This document shows, piece by piece, positions 1 to 13,268 of a stretch of 64,000 nucleotides of DNA. The notes under the pieces are model-generated. The model was not told where the DNA came from. It saw nothing but the letters and a program-made list of their open reading frames with translations, and did no database searches. This DNA comes from Albugo candida (lineage: Eukaryota), in NCBI GenBank assembly GCA_040437565.1, contig JBDOQK010000030.1, forward strand, positions 248,001-312,000, in the 5' to 3' direction. How positions within the stretch are numbered: position 1 is the stretch's first letter; each line of letters begins with the position of its first letter. A program made the translations under genes and the position numbers.

Positions 1-1137
1 TTTGACGATCCTTTGGTCATTGCTGGACAAGGGACAATTGGATTAGAAGTCTTACAGCAAGTCAGAATGATACCATCCGATGCGTTCGGACGAGAAACCA
101 GTGGCTCGGATCGTCAGCTCGATGCAATTTTCGTCTGTTGCGGTGGAGGAGGAATGTTGGCGGGTATCGCTGCTTGGATCAAACAGATTCGACCGAGTGT
201 TCGGGTTATCGGTGTGGAAGCGATTGATGCTCCTGGAATGACAACTTCGCTTGCGGCTGGGCGGAGAATTGCTTTACCGCATGTGGGGCTTTTTGCGGAT
301 GGTGCGGCAGTCAAACTTGTTGGAGAGGAGACATTCCGATTGTGTCAAAAGTATGTCGACGAAATGATCACAGTATCGACTGATGAAATCTGTGCGGCTA
401 TCAAAGCAACGTTTCAAGACACTCGAGTGATTTTAGAGCCGGCGGGAGCATTGGCAGTAGCTGGCGTTACGCAATATGTCAAAAGTAGAGCGCTGACTGG
501 GTATACATTCTGTGCGATTACTTCTGGAGCGAATATCGACTTTACTCGTCTTCGATTCGTATCGGAGCGTGCGGACTCAAAGGAGACTTTGGTCTCTGTG
601 GAAATTGATGAAGCTCCAAAAGCGTTGCAAATATTGCATGAGCGACTGCAACAAGCAAATGTTCGAGTGACTGAATTCAGTTATCGATATGTGAACCCTC
701 AGATCCGACCTCAAGCACTTGTGTACATGTCGTTTCGAGCTTCTTCTTCGACGGATGCAAAACAAGTCATATCTGAAATGGTGAAACACTACAAAGTCAT
801 CGACTTGTCTACGAATGAATTGGCCAAAGTGCATACACGTTACCTTTTGGGTGGGAAGGCAGCACCACCACATTCAGAGCTGCGTGAGTTGTTGTATCGA
901 TTTGAGTTTTCGAATATCAGCGACGGACTTTCCAAATTTCTAAAATCACTTTCAGCCGATTGGAATATCAGTCTCTTCCATTACCGCAATTACGGAGCGG
1001 ATATCGATCGCGTTCTTGTGGGGTTCCAAGTTCCTCATTTCGAGGAGAAGAAGTTTTGTCGATTTTTGGATACGATCAAATGCGTGTACTACGAAGAAAC
1101 AGATAATTGTACCTATCGAAATTTCTTTTTGCCATAA
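1..1137 (+). CDS. ILV1: Threonine dehydratase (biosynthetic), 5'-truncated by window edge
   Basis: Open frame from base 1 (FDDPLVIAGQGT); motifs CCGGGG, FADGAAVK, EPAGAL, SGAN; two C-terminal regulatory ACT-like domains (EFSYRY, WNISLFHYRN). Confidence 0.95.
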   Translation, partial: FDDPLVIAGQGTIGLEVLQQVRMIPSDAFGRETSGSDRQLDAIFVCCGGGGMLAGIAAWIKQIRPSVRVIGVEAIDAPGMTTSLAAGRRIALPHVGLFADGAAVKLVGEETFRLCQKYVDEMITVSTDEICAAIKATFQDTRVILEPAGALAVAGVTQYVKSRALTGYTFCAITSGANIDFTRLRFVSERADSKETLVSVEIDEAPKALQILHERLQQANVRVTEFSYRYVNPQIRPQALVYMSFRASSSTDAKQVISEMVKHYKVIDLSTNELAKVHTRYLLGGKAAPPHSELRELLYRFEFSNISDGLSKFLKSLSADWNISLFHYRNYGADIDRVLVGFQVPHFEEKKFCRFLDTIKCVYYEETDNCTYRNFFLP

Positions 1138-1193
1138 CACAAAATTGGAATATAAACAAAAAGTGTATTGAGTTAGGACTGTACGTCGGTTGA

Positions 1194-2965
1194 CTACATT
1201 CCATCATCGTCTTCGGTGAAGCCACGAGATGGGAGGAAGCCACGAGGACTCTTGGCTGCTGCTACTTGAGCAGGGTGCATGTTGGGACTATCTAAGCAAT
1301 CTTCGGAAAGTAGCGCTTGATCTTCCATCGGCATGTATTCGGCCAAAATACTGCGTACTTGCTCTCGCATTTGACTTTGTGTACGACGCCAGTATGCGTA
1401 TCCAGCGACAGCGACCGTTCCGCAGATAAATATCATAAGACCGAGGACTGATGTGAACGACATACCACTGTAACTTCCACCAGCTAAAGAGATTTTCGAG
1501 ATACCTCCACTTCGAATGCATTCCATGATTGTGGGCATTGTCTGGCTACCACACGTACAAACGGCTGGTGGATCATGAGGACCAAAACCGGCACAGATCA
1601 TGTGTAAAATATTGGGAAGATCGATGCGACCACGAGCGTGAACACCATCAACGTATAGTGCCGGAAGTCGAAGGATTTCAAGGGCAGTCTGTTCTCGAAG
1701 TTCTTCTTCTAGTAGTGGATTGATTTCATTGATTCGGATTCCGTATGGTTGCATGCATTTGTCGATAGCATTGACATCAATGTTCAAGCTCTTCATAACG
1801 TTTTCAGCACAAGTATGGTCACGAAATCGAATCTCATCTTGGCCACATGCTTGACCCGACTTTCTCACGTATGCCCACCACTTTTTAGCCATTCCTCCAT
1901 CTTCCTTTGATACATGCTTCCATAAGCATTTCCGTCGTAAGTTTTCGATAACAACGTCAGCACCCGACGCGCCACTTTCCGTGTCGTGCATTGGGGATGG
2001 ATCCAATAGACAATATCTACCTCTGTTTAGACACATATTGCCACATACTGTGTTGTAAAAACTATCGGACGATTCTTCATCGTCATGGCATCCGAGACTT
2101 GATCCATTGTACATGACAAAACGTGGGGTCATTGACGCTCGTGAACCCAGTGCGAGAACCAGATCTTCCAACTGGTCTAGTGCTACCATGGACTTGCCAT
2201 CCCATGCACTTTGCCACATGACCCATTCGACATGCCTGTCGGGCGCTGGAACCTTCCATTCCATCTGTATAATCGTGTTGCTCGAGCTTTTCGATAGCTT
2301 CATCTCCTTCCTGATACGTCCTCCATCCGCCTTGCGGATGAGCATTGACGGAATGAGTATATCATCAGTGGAGCTGTCACTCACCTAAATTAGTTGAAAA
2401 CATAAATATCAAATACAGTTTGCCAAAACTCAAAATTGAAGGGAGTACCATATAGGGGAGAATTGTTTCACACATTGCATCACCCGTATCGTCCATACAT
2501 TGAGTGTCGGAACACAGACAGGTGTTGTCGACGATAACAATGGCACTCGCACGTGCTGCCTGCGCATTACGGACTTTTTTGGCGAAGGGACAATCCCCTC
2601 GATCCACAAGCAAAGCAAATGGAGTCGGTTGATCAGTCAGCGTTGTGAATGGCTCACAGCCGCTACTGTTGGACTCAATGAGCTGAACTTGAAGGGATCC
2701 AGTCATGTACGCAGGATGCCCGAAAAATGCATCTTTGTGTAGGTATCCACCGTCTTTCTTGAGCGATTTTGGTAATAACACTTGAAATGAAGAATCCGCC
2801 TCCTGAAAATGATATTATAATTTTTGACAGATACAGCGAAAAGAGAAATGGTACCTCTTTAGAAGGCCATGTGTTCACTTCAGTGGACCCGACGTCCAGG
2901 CTGTGGTTGGAGAGGGCAATGAGACCCACGGCTGTCAGCGCGTTCTTCTTTTCGTACAACCTCAT
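1194..2965 (-). CDS. VSR: Vacuolar sorting receptor (PA domain, type I membrane)
   Basis: Exons 2965-2855, 2802-2449, 2384-1194 with GT-AG introns; PA motif LVDRGDCPFAKKVRNAQ, CLNRGRYC, WWAYV, TM helix and QVRSILAEYMPM cytosolic tail. Confidence 0.92.
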
Positions 2966-3353
2966 CGGTGGAAAGTAGGACTTTGGTTCGAAAAGGTAAA
3001 TTTCAGAATGATGGAATGTTGAAAGACAATGAAAGAAAAGATCGGGTTCGAAGAGACGGTCCATGGAGAGACAGGATACGTCATTACCCTTTTTCTTAGG
3101 AAAAAGCAGTAAGGGAAGGGGTTACACCTACCCCTCTGCCATACTTTAAATTCATTTAGCCGTTTCACTCCTCCTACCTAATCAATTAAAAACCTGGAAT
3201 CAAACGCGAGTGTAAGAAAGAAACAGGACTTTGCGAAAGGCAGACGGAGGGTAGAAGAAAATTTAAACATAGTGTATCCAGGTTGTCTTTAAACATGTCT
3301 TTTATTACCTGTCTGAAATAATAAAAAAGGCAATATATAAGGAAAGAGAGTGC

Positions 3354-4195
3354 TCACACGTCCACACTTTGAGCCAAACTTCCCGTAGAAGTTGTGGTAG
3401 AGTCCTCCGAATTGTGTTGATTTGCATCTCCTGAATCATCCGGATTGATCGCAGTCGAGTTCTGCATTGTTTGCATTTGCTGTTGTAACTGCTGTAACAT
3501 TTGTTGTTGAAGCTGTGGATTCGTCCACGGCATCTGACTTGTATTGCCAGTTTGTATTTGCTGCTGCAGCAATTGCTGCAGCATAAATGCTTGTTGTTGT
3601 TGCAGTTGTTGCTGGAAAACTGCTTGACTGTCCGCGGGAGCCTACGGTGGAAATGGAAATATATCACGATAGTAAACGTACAATATTGATATTTAACAAA
3701 CCTTTTTAGAAGCCCCTTTGCTGAATTCGTCACGAGGAACTATATCGATAAGGAAATCAAACATATCCGATTTTGCTAAGGCCGCAGCAATATCACTTCG
3801 CTGTAATGTTCTCCGTTTGTTTTCCTCCGTATGTGTCCATGATCTCATACTCAATTCTTGTATGAACATTTCGCAAGCTTTTGCGAATAAAACGGGTGCT
3901 TCGGCGCTGATCATCTGAATGCAGATACGGTGCGTAAAGTACGTTTGTTGATAGTACGCAATACGAAACGTACCCTCACATCTTCATCAGCTTTCATAAT
4001 TTTTTTTATTCTCGCCAATGGTAATTGATGCGTTTTGAAGTCGAATGTGTACGGATTGATTTGTGATATCTCGTGAATTTGACTCTGCCAGAACGCGTTC
4101 AGCTGCAATTGTTGCTGCTGCATTTGAGCGCGTTGAGCTTCCAACTGTAGCTGCATTTGGACCCCGCTAGATGCCGACGTGTCTTCACTTGACAT
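3354..4195 (-). CDS. NFYC: Nuclear factor Y subunit C (HAP5, histone fold) with Q-rich tail
   Basis: Exons 4195-3974, 3914-3702, 3641-3354; [35 protein letters not shown]...[10 protein letters not shown]. Confidence 0.96.
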
Positions 4196-5023
4196 TGCTT
4201 ACTAAGCACAACGCACAACAACGAGCACATGGAATTTAAACATATTTTGACGGATTGGTGGAAAAATGCTGCTGTGATTTAATTGGTGCCTACCTTTGCT
4301 TCTTGCTTTCTCGTTGGACGGTGCTTTTGACGGTGTTTTTTGGTTGGCTGGTTTCTCAGAGTGACTTCTTCGTGCCGCCGAGTTAAAAAGACTAACCATT
4401 TAGTGGACCATAGGTTGACACGTTGATATCCGATACACTAACTTATCATGCAGTCTAATTATCACTATTTCAAACCTATATCAATTTATATCAGAAGTAA
4501 GATGTAACCACCATTACTGCGTCACATTACATGACTTCCGTCAATACTGGTTCTTACAGTTGATCAATAGTGAAGTTGAAAAAATCGAATGTGCCTACCC
4601 TATCACTAATCGGAACGCAATGCACTGAGCCAAGATGTTCTTGGGCCATATGTCGATCAATGTGAGACATGTCATAGTAAACACTAAATTCATGCGCTCT
4701 TGAGACTCCGTCTGTGACGAATGAAGTCAGCTTTTCATCATACAATATGCAAGTATAAAATCATACTAAACATATGGATTTGAATCGATCAGCTAAATTT
4801 TCAAAGCGTCCAAGACACCAGCGTGACATTGAGTCCACTAGCAATAGAGCTACTTTTATGAAGGCGATCTGATGTGTGAATCGCAGTCCATTATATCCAC
4901 TGGCATGAACTTTCGTACGACATCATGCTTATTTCATAAAACTTGAACCCGACAGCCGACTCAGCATTTTGATTCATTCAACAAAAACCACTGCTTCGGT
5001 ACTTAGCACCATAATTTAAAAAC

Positions 5024-5450
5024 GGGAGGGTACTTTCATTCTGTGGAATAATTGTCTCCGACTGTTACCTTCTCACCAGCACTACGGATTCTACTCATTC
5101 ACGCCACTGAAAGCCACTTACGAAAATATACGTTCGCTTGATTGGCACTCCGTCTACTGTCCAAGTAAACGGAGGACGTTCTAGTGATCTCATCGAACCC
5201 CTAAAATCAAGTTTGGTCTGAGTAACGTCGGACATTGGCATGTGATGGATGACTAATCGCCTAATGCATGTGCCAGATGTCGGTTGTCGCAGTCAGATTT
5301 AAGTGGGTAGGGCGTGTACGCTTGATTAGCGTGATGTGGCAGGGATTGATGGCACAGCAGATAGTCGACGCACATGGTACTGTCAAGCGATTGAACTCGC
5401 TCGTGCTTGAACATAGCATAAGAAAGGCTTTAATCGCTCTTTCACCGTGT
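5024..5450 (+). ncRNA. Candidate structured ncRNA (possible telomerase RNA)
   Basis: Nested helices read by eye: 5059-66/5360-67, 5101-05/5311-15, 5114-20/5300-06, 5215-21/5293-99, 5231-44/5267-81, hairpin 5148-74; AACCCCTAAAA at 5196-5206 lies outside these helices; G-U pairs favour the + strand. Confidence 0.35.
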
Positions 5451-5702
5451 GATCTTGCTAGTTACAGTTTCTAAGTTTTCACTACCTGATTTCGCGTTAA
5501 GTTTGTAAGTATTCTCTTTTTATACTTATGATCTCATCAGCTTATCTCATATTATAATATTGTAGAGAAACGAGTTAATTTGATATGTCGCACGATAACG
5601 AAACTCTGTTTGAGGTACCCCTTGAACTCCGCTTAGCACACATTTGTATTATACTTCAACATGACATGATGAAAGAGTGGCTTCTAATTACAAATAGTGA
5701 TG

Positions 5703-5934
5703 GAGGTATAGCTCAACGAAGAGGTGATTTATCTCGGTGCGAGGTGTAATGTACAATTTAATTCGTTCGAGCTATTCTTATCTTTTGGCACAAATCGACC
5801 GTCTTCACCACGCCGTCGACTCATCGCAATTGTATGACGCAACGGGTAGGATGGTTTATTGGACCAATTACGATGCTCTCGTTTTTTTAGCCAACGCGCG
5901 ATTCGTGCTTTCTTCTCTTCTGAAGAATACGGTT
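5703..5934. repeat. 232-bp duplication of 6035-6266 across N-gap (assembly overlap artefact)
   Basis: Same sequence on both sides of the 100-N gap 5935-6034; duplicates the CCT-domain 3' end. Confidence 0.85.
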
Positions 5935-6060
5935 NNNNNNNNNNNNNNNNNNNNNNNNNNNNNNNNNNNNNNNNNNNNNNNNNNNNNNNNNNNNNNNNNN
6001 NNNNNNNNNNNNNNNNNNNNNNNNNNNNNNNNNNGAGGTATAGCTCAACGAAGAGGTGAT

Positions 6061-7576
6061 TTATCTCGGTGCGAGGTGTAATGTACAATTTAATTCGTTC
6101 GAGCTATTCTTATCTTTTGGCACAAATCGACCGTCTTCACCACGCCGTCGACTCATCGCAATTGTATGACGCAACGGGTAGGATGGTTTATTGGACCAAT
6201 TACGATGCTCTCGTTTTTTTAGCCAACGCGCGATTCGTGCTTTCTTCTCTTCTGAAGAATACGGTTTTGGAAGTATGACACAACCTTTACCTGTCCCAGT
6301 GAAGGATTTTATATCTTGCGGAAACACTCGCCCTGTCTCAAGGCCATTCGGTACCTTGGTCAGCCCTGGTGCGGATCCAGAAAATGAAGGTACCACAGAA
6401 TGTCCAGAGGAAATTTCCGTTAAGCTATACCGCGTGTTGCCTCTTGGATATACATAACTGTAAGGATCTGTGATTTCAGAATGCGAGGATTTGAAGTGGT
6501 CCACAGCTGTTACCGGCTTCCCTGGGTACGGTGTTGGTATACACTTATTCGGGAACCAAACGTTTGTTGTGGCGTATACATATCTAGAGGAATCAGATAC
6601 TTGTGAAGCCGTTAAGTACGGAGATACATCAATAAGTTCATGGTTGTGTGAGGTATGATGCTCATCAAATAGCGTCCGTCGAGTGCTTGTAATATCAGTT
6701 AGTGAGTCAAGCGGCTGAGGCGTAATCTAAAATGTGATCCGAATGTGTGAGAACACTCCCTCAGATGTCAACATCGACTCACCAATGCGCCATCAAAGGC
6801 TTCGACGATGGAATCTGTATACATGAAGGATGATGAGCTCGTATCATTTTTCAGCTTCGAGATCTGGAACTGGTGCCAATGCGTCAGAAATAGATCCGCA
6901 TTTCCAGTTTCCTGAAAAATGAGTAGCGCATTTTCTAATGCCGGGGATTGATTCGTCAAAATCAGATGCCACAAAGTGTCTTTATCAATCGAAGAGATGA
7001 CACCATATTCCAATAGCAATTTGATGGCTTTGATTTTGGCTGAAATGCTACGATTTCGTTTTGTGATGTTTTGTACCTTACTAAGATTTGGCGTATTTCT
7101 GTGTGGAGAGATGAAGACTGGATAATTAAAGCTATCCGACGGAATTTTAGCTGCTTTTATTGCGTCCCACTCGGGTGTAGACTTTGATGCAACATTTACG
7201 GAATCTTCACCAATTAAATTGTGGCTCTTAGCTGTCCGTGAATTGCTAAATCTGACTACCAAATGATCATTTTCACGAAGTCCCCAGCGAATTGAACGTG
7301 AATTTAGCTACAAAAGATGTTTAAGTGCGTTCTATAAATCAGATGCGTGTACCTCACCTTTGCGAGGAAGCCGTCGATGGACAAGTATACTTGAAGTGTG
7401 CGAAGAAATGTATCGTGATCGATGGTGGCACCATTTGCAACAAATAATTGATGCATCGCGTTGATGGTTGATAGCCAGTTAAGAGGATGTGGTGTAAGCT
7501 TGATGCGATATTCGTCCGTAATGAACGCGTCATCGAAATGCCTCACATACACATGAATTCCTGATGAAATACTCAT
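6061..7576 (-). CDS. CCT (CONSTANS/CO-like/TOC1) motif protein
   Basis: Exons 7576-7358, 7307-6783, 6726-6061 in frame with GT-AG introns; C-terminal YSSEEKKARIARWLKKREHRNWSNKPSYPLRHTIAMSRRRGEDGRF matches the CCT consensus. Confidence 0.85.
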
Positions 7577-7728
7577 TTCTGAATCGAGTGACTGACTCAA
7601 TTCCGGTAGCGAATCAGAATGCACAACAAGACTTTTAACCAGTAGAAGCGATAAGGATAAATTCCACGATTATACATTGACTTCTCGCTATTAAGTTCGA
7701 CTCGATTTCATTGGTTCCGTCGCAAAAT

Positions 7729-8815
7729 ATGACTCGAGTAAACAAGCAAGCAAAGAATTTGAGAGTAACGCGCCCGAAAAAACAAAAACAGCACGTGATA
7801 CGAGCGTTGAAGCATAAGGCTCCTAAGCTTGTTGAAAACACAAAAAATGTATTGATTTTACGTGGAAAGAAAACAAGCTCCACCATCACACAGTTATTAC
7901 GCGATCTGGTGCGTAGTATTGCTCCGTCTGAATAATCACACCAACAGGCTATGTAGAGAATGATCAATTCATTGCATTCCAAGATGCTAAACAAACGGAA
8001 CGATTTCCATGCGTTTGAAAATGAGTCACATATTGAGTTTTTGACCCAAAAAAACGATACGAGTTTGTTCCTTGTGGGATCACATACGAAAAAACGACCC
8101 CAAAACTGTGTGCTGGTACGTTGTTCCACCCAAGTAGACATCCACTAACACTATTCCAGGGAAGAACTTTTGATGGTCACGTTTTAGATATGATGGAGCT
8201 TGAGATTTCTAATTATAAAGCGATGGCTACATTCACTAGCAATCGTAAAAAAGCAATTGGATCAAAACCGTGTTTTATATTCACCGGATCGGAATGGGAT
8301 TCGATAGAAACTTATCAAAAACTGAAAAACTTGTTGCTCGATTTGTTTCGTGGTACAGTCGTCGAAGGGATCAATGTCAATGGATTGGATCACGTAATTG
8401 TGTGTACATCATTCCAAAATAAAGTGGTGTTCCGGTGTTACTCGATCACCCTTACCAAATCCATAGACAATGTGGGTCACATCTCAATACAGCAACTATG
8501 AATTTTCATAATCTCTTCTTGTAGCGTCCGCGGGTAGATTTGAATGAAATGGGACCTCGATTTGATATTGGGTTTCGTCGCCAGAAATTCGCATCTGCAG
8601 ACTTAATGAAAGCTGCAACCAGAAAGCCCAAGGAGCTTGCACCCAAGAAGCTCAAGAACGTCTCGCGCGATGATCTCACTGGTGACAAATTGGGACAGAT
8701 TCACTTGGACAGACAGGATATTTACTCTATGCAAACTCGACGTGTGAAGGCACTACGAAAAACTCCCGGAAATTTGAAGAAGGCACAAGTTGCACAACCT
8801 CAAGATGAATCGTGA
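7729..8815 (+). CDS. RPF2: Ribosome biogenesis protein RPF2 (Brix domain)
   Basis: Exons 7729-7908, 7957-8115, 8160-8471, 8525-8815; PKLVENTK, GSHTKKRPQN, GRTFDGHVLDMMEL, EMGPRFD. Confidence 0.95.
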
Positions 8816-9498
8816 TAAGAAGGGTTGAATTCTCTACTTCATACCTTGGTTGATTGGGATTGCTTCAATCTGTTGGACGATTGTAGATTAGAGGTTATAA
8901 AAGAAGTCGTTATTTCTTCAAATAATGGACTCTTACTGCATGTTGATTTTACTGATCTATTAGTACAAGCGCTTAGCTTAAGGAGCAGTATGCCCTGATA
9001 CTCGTAACGACTCGCCTTGAGAGAGGGTGCTCCTATTTATGTACACGGAGCCATCCCTCTCGCTCTACTTTTTGGGGTTTGACTCAGATTCTTACACAGT
9101 CGATGCCTTCTGAATCAATCAACCATTTAGCCAAAGTGTACACGGCTGATATTTAGACAAGTAAGATCAATGATGACGCGCATTGCAGTGAGGTCAAAAG
9201 TTAAAGCTGTACCCCCAACTCGCCCAATTCACGGATTGCTTGGCGTTTGAAATGACTTGCACAAGACTTTCAAAAGGTTAACAAAAGGTGGGAGTGGCAC
9301 TTGCTGTAGCAATTGTCATACGTACGTAATCATTTTCTCAAACAATCTAAGATTGCCAACTTTCTCCACACGATATCTTCCTGACTTCTGATTGTACTGA
9401 ACCTGATCTAAGTGGTCAAATACGAGCCACATAAAAAACGAACAGTGCATCGGATCCTCTATTCTCATTTATGATTGGGTAATATTCACTAATGCACG

Positions 9499-11210
9499 AT
9501 GTCGTCCTGTTTTGGGTGCAAGCAGAATGCAAACGAGAAATCCGAGGACCAGCGACGTTTGCTCGAGCATCAATATGGCGATTCTGACCGTGAATATGAA
9601 GTGCCAAAGTCACATCTAGAGGAGGTAGCTACGTACGAAGATTTCCAGCACGCTGTTGGATCATTTTATGCAGTGGTCGCTCCCGTTACACTTACAATGC
9701 TTCTCGCGAGGTAGGCACTCAAGACGCTATAATATCACGTACTTAGCGTGTTATAGCCTATTTAGTATCGAAATTGCGGATCCAACCACCGCACAGGAAG
9801 TTGCAAAGTACGTTCTGTCCGGAAACTTCACTACGTTTCACTCATGCGACCTTTTTAAGTACGTATCTGGTCTATAAACCGCAGAAAGCTTCCGCACAAA
9901 CAAATGGCATGAAGATGGAAGAAGCAATGGTGAATGCGATCGTAATAGTGTCTTTTTTCCTGGTCGCCACTTTCGGTATTGTATTTTGTTACAAATACAG
10001 ATGCACGAATGTAAGCCAATTTCTTTTCCGATTATGATTATTCAAAATCCATAGACTCTTCCGATTAGATTTTGATTGTTTATATGATGGTGTCTTCGAT
10101 GATGTTACTCGGTTTTCTCGGTGGACATTTGTTACTTCTGACGCTAACCCAGATCGGCATCTTGACGGACATACCTTCATTCCTTTTCCTTGCTTATAAT
10201 TTCGCGGTGGCTGGCGTCTTGAGCATTTTCTACCAGAAAGGATTATCGATGAAAATCACTCAGTCGTATCTTATTTGCACTTCAGTTATTATGGCTTGGC
10301 AATTTGGTCAGCTTCCAGAATGGACGACATGGGCACTCGTTACTGTGCTCGCATTCTATGATTTGTGTGCTGTACTCACTCCTTATGGTCCCTTGCGATG
10401 TCTTGTGAATTTGGTACAAGAAGAAGGTCGTCCACTTCCAGGTTATATAACATGTTTTCAAGCATTCAACGCAAGTCCATGACTTGTTATATAGGTCTTT
10501 TATATGAAGCAGATGTAGGACACTCTTCGCTCGGTACGAATGGCATTCTGGAAAGTGAATTGCATACCGCCGCGCAAGAAGCAAACTCACCGGAAACAAA
10601 AGCGATCAATAGAAACAGCTACTATCAATGTGATAACGAACATACAATTCTCACAGTGCGACGTGAAAGATCCGATGATGCGGAAGAGCGCATGAAAAAA
10701 CGACTTGTGTCTTTCTTCAAGAGAGTCGATCCGGCTTCTTTAAGAAATGTCGATGCGCTTGTGTGGAAATACCGCGGGCGAGAGACTGATCTTTGGAAAG
10801 AACTGACGAAGAGATATTTGATGGAGGAAGGTAAGCAAGCGAAGATTTGCTGATTCAGACTTATAAAGTGTGTTGGAGCAGAGGAGAGCAATACAATCAA
10901 GCTTGGTCTAGGCGATTTTGTCTTTTACAGCGTATTAGTATCGCGAGCGGCGAGATACGATTTATGTGCGATGATTGGCTGCATATGTGCGATTCTGGTG
11001 GTAATGTACTTATTCTCGCCATCGGATTGGATGATGATCAAGTATGTCCAATAGGGTCTTGGAGGTACTCTATATCTACTGGGATTGTATAAAAAAGCGC
11101 TACCTGCACTTCCCATTTCCATTCTTTTAGCGGTGGGTGTGTATTTTTGGGTCAGGTTGGCTTATATCCCATACGCGAATTTGCTTCTCAGTGCCGGTGT
11201 ATTTGGATAA
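9499..11210 (+). CDS. PSEN: Presenilin (gamma-secretase catalytic subunit)
   Basis: Seven exons (9499-9710, 9757-9807, 9860-10010, 10069-10441, 10495-10830, 10882-11000, 11055-11210); LPEWTTW, catalytic YD (FYDLCAVL) and KLGLGDFVFYS, PAL motif. Confidence 0.95.
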
Positions 11211-11576
11211 GTATTTATCACTAAAATGAAATACCATGAAAAATTACGGTTTAAATTTAAACATTTGAATCTCAATTATCATCTATTTTGAAATAAATAG
11301 CAGTATAATTTTTGTCCACGGTTCAATCCGGATATGTGGTTACACTAATAACCTTGCACTTTGAGTGGCTCGTATTACTTGGCGCTTATTTCGAAATTTA
11401 AAAATACACCACGTCAATTACGGTTTTTTTCTTGCGATTGTAACGCCACATACAAATTGTAAGTACTCTCTCCAGAAGAAAAACAAACCAGTCACTAAAA
11501 TCCTCCACTCCAGGCAACCCCTCACTGATTCCTGTCCCTTCCCGAGCCGTCGCGTGGTCTGGTGCTGATTAGTTAG

Positions 11577-13064
<1,488 letters not shown>

Positions 13065-13268
13065 CAAGAATCGTAATCGATTCTTTGGATTTCAACATTT
13101 TCAATATTAGCTCTTTGTTTTTGTTTTCTACAATAAAAGCTCCTTCAGATTAGAAGTGTTTATTTTTAGCCAATCATGTCTTTGTATTTTTTTGCACGAT
13201 ACGATTGGCTAATCTTATGTGCTTGCGATGGAGCAGTATGCGCAAAACGGAAGAAGCGTTATTGTGCG

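Noticed and set aside
5190-5335. RNase P/MRP RNA
   Set aside because: GGTCTGAG resembles RNase P CR-I but the preceding GGAA and a CR-V motif are missing
5729-5934. Second CCT-domain gene
   Set aside because: Gap-flanking duplicate of 6035-6266
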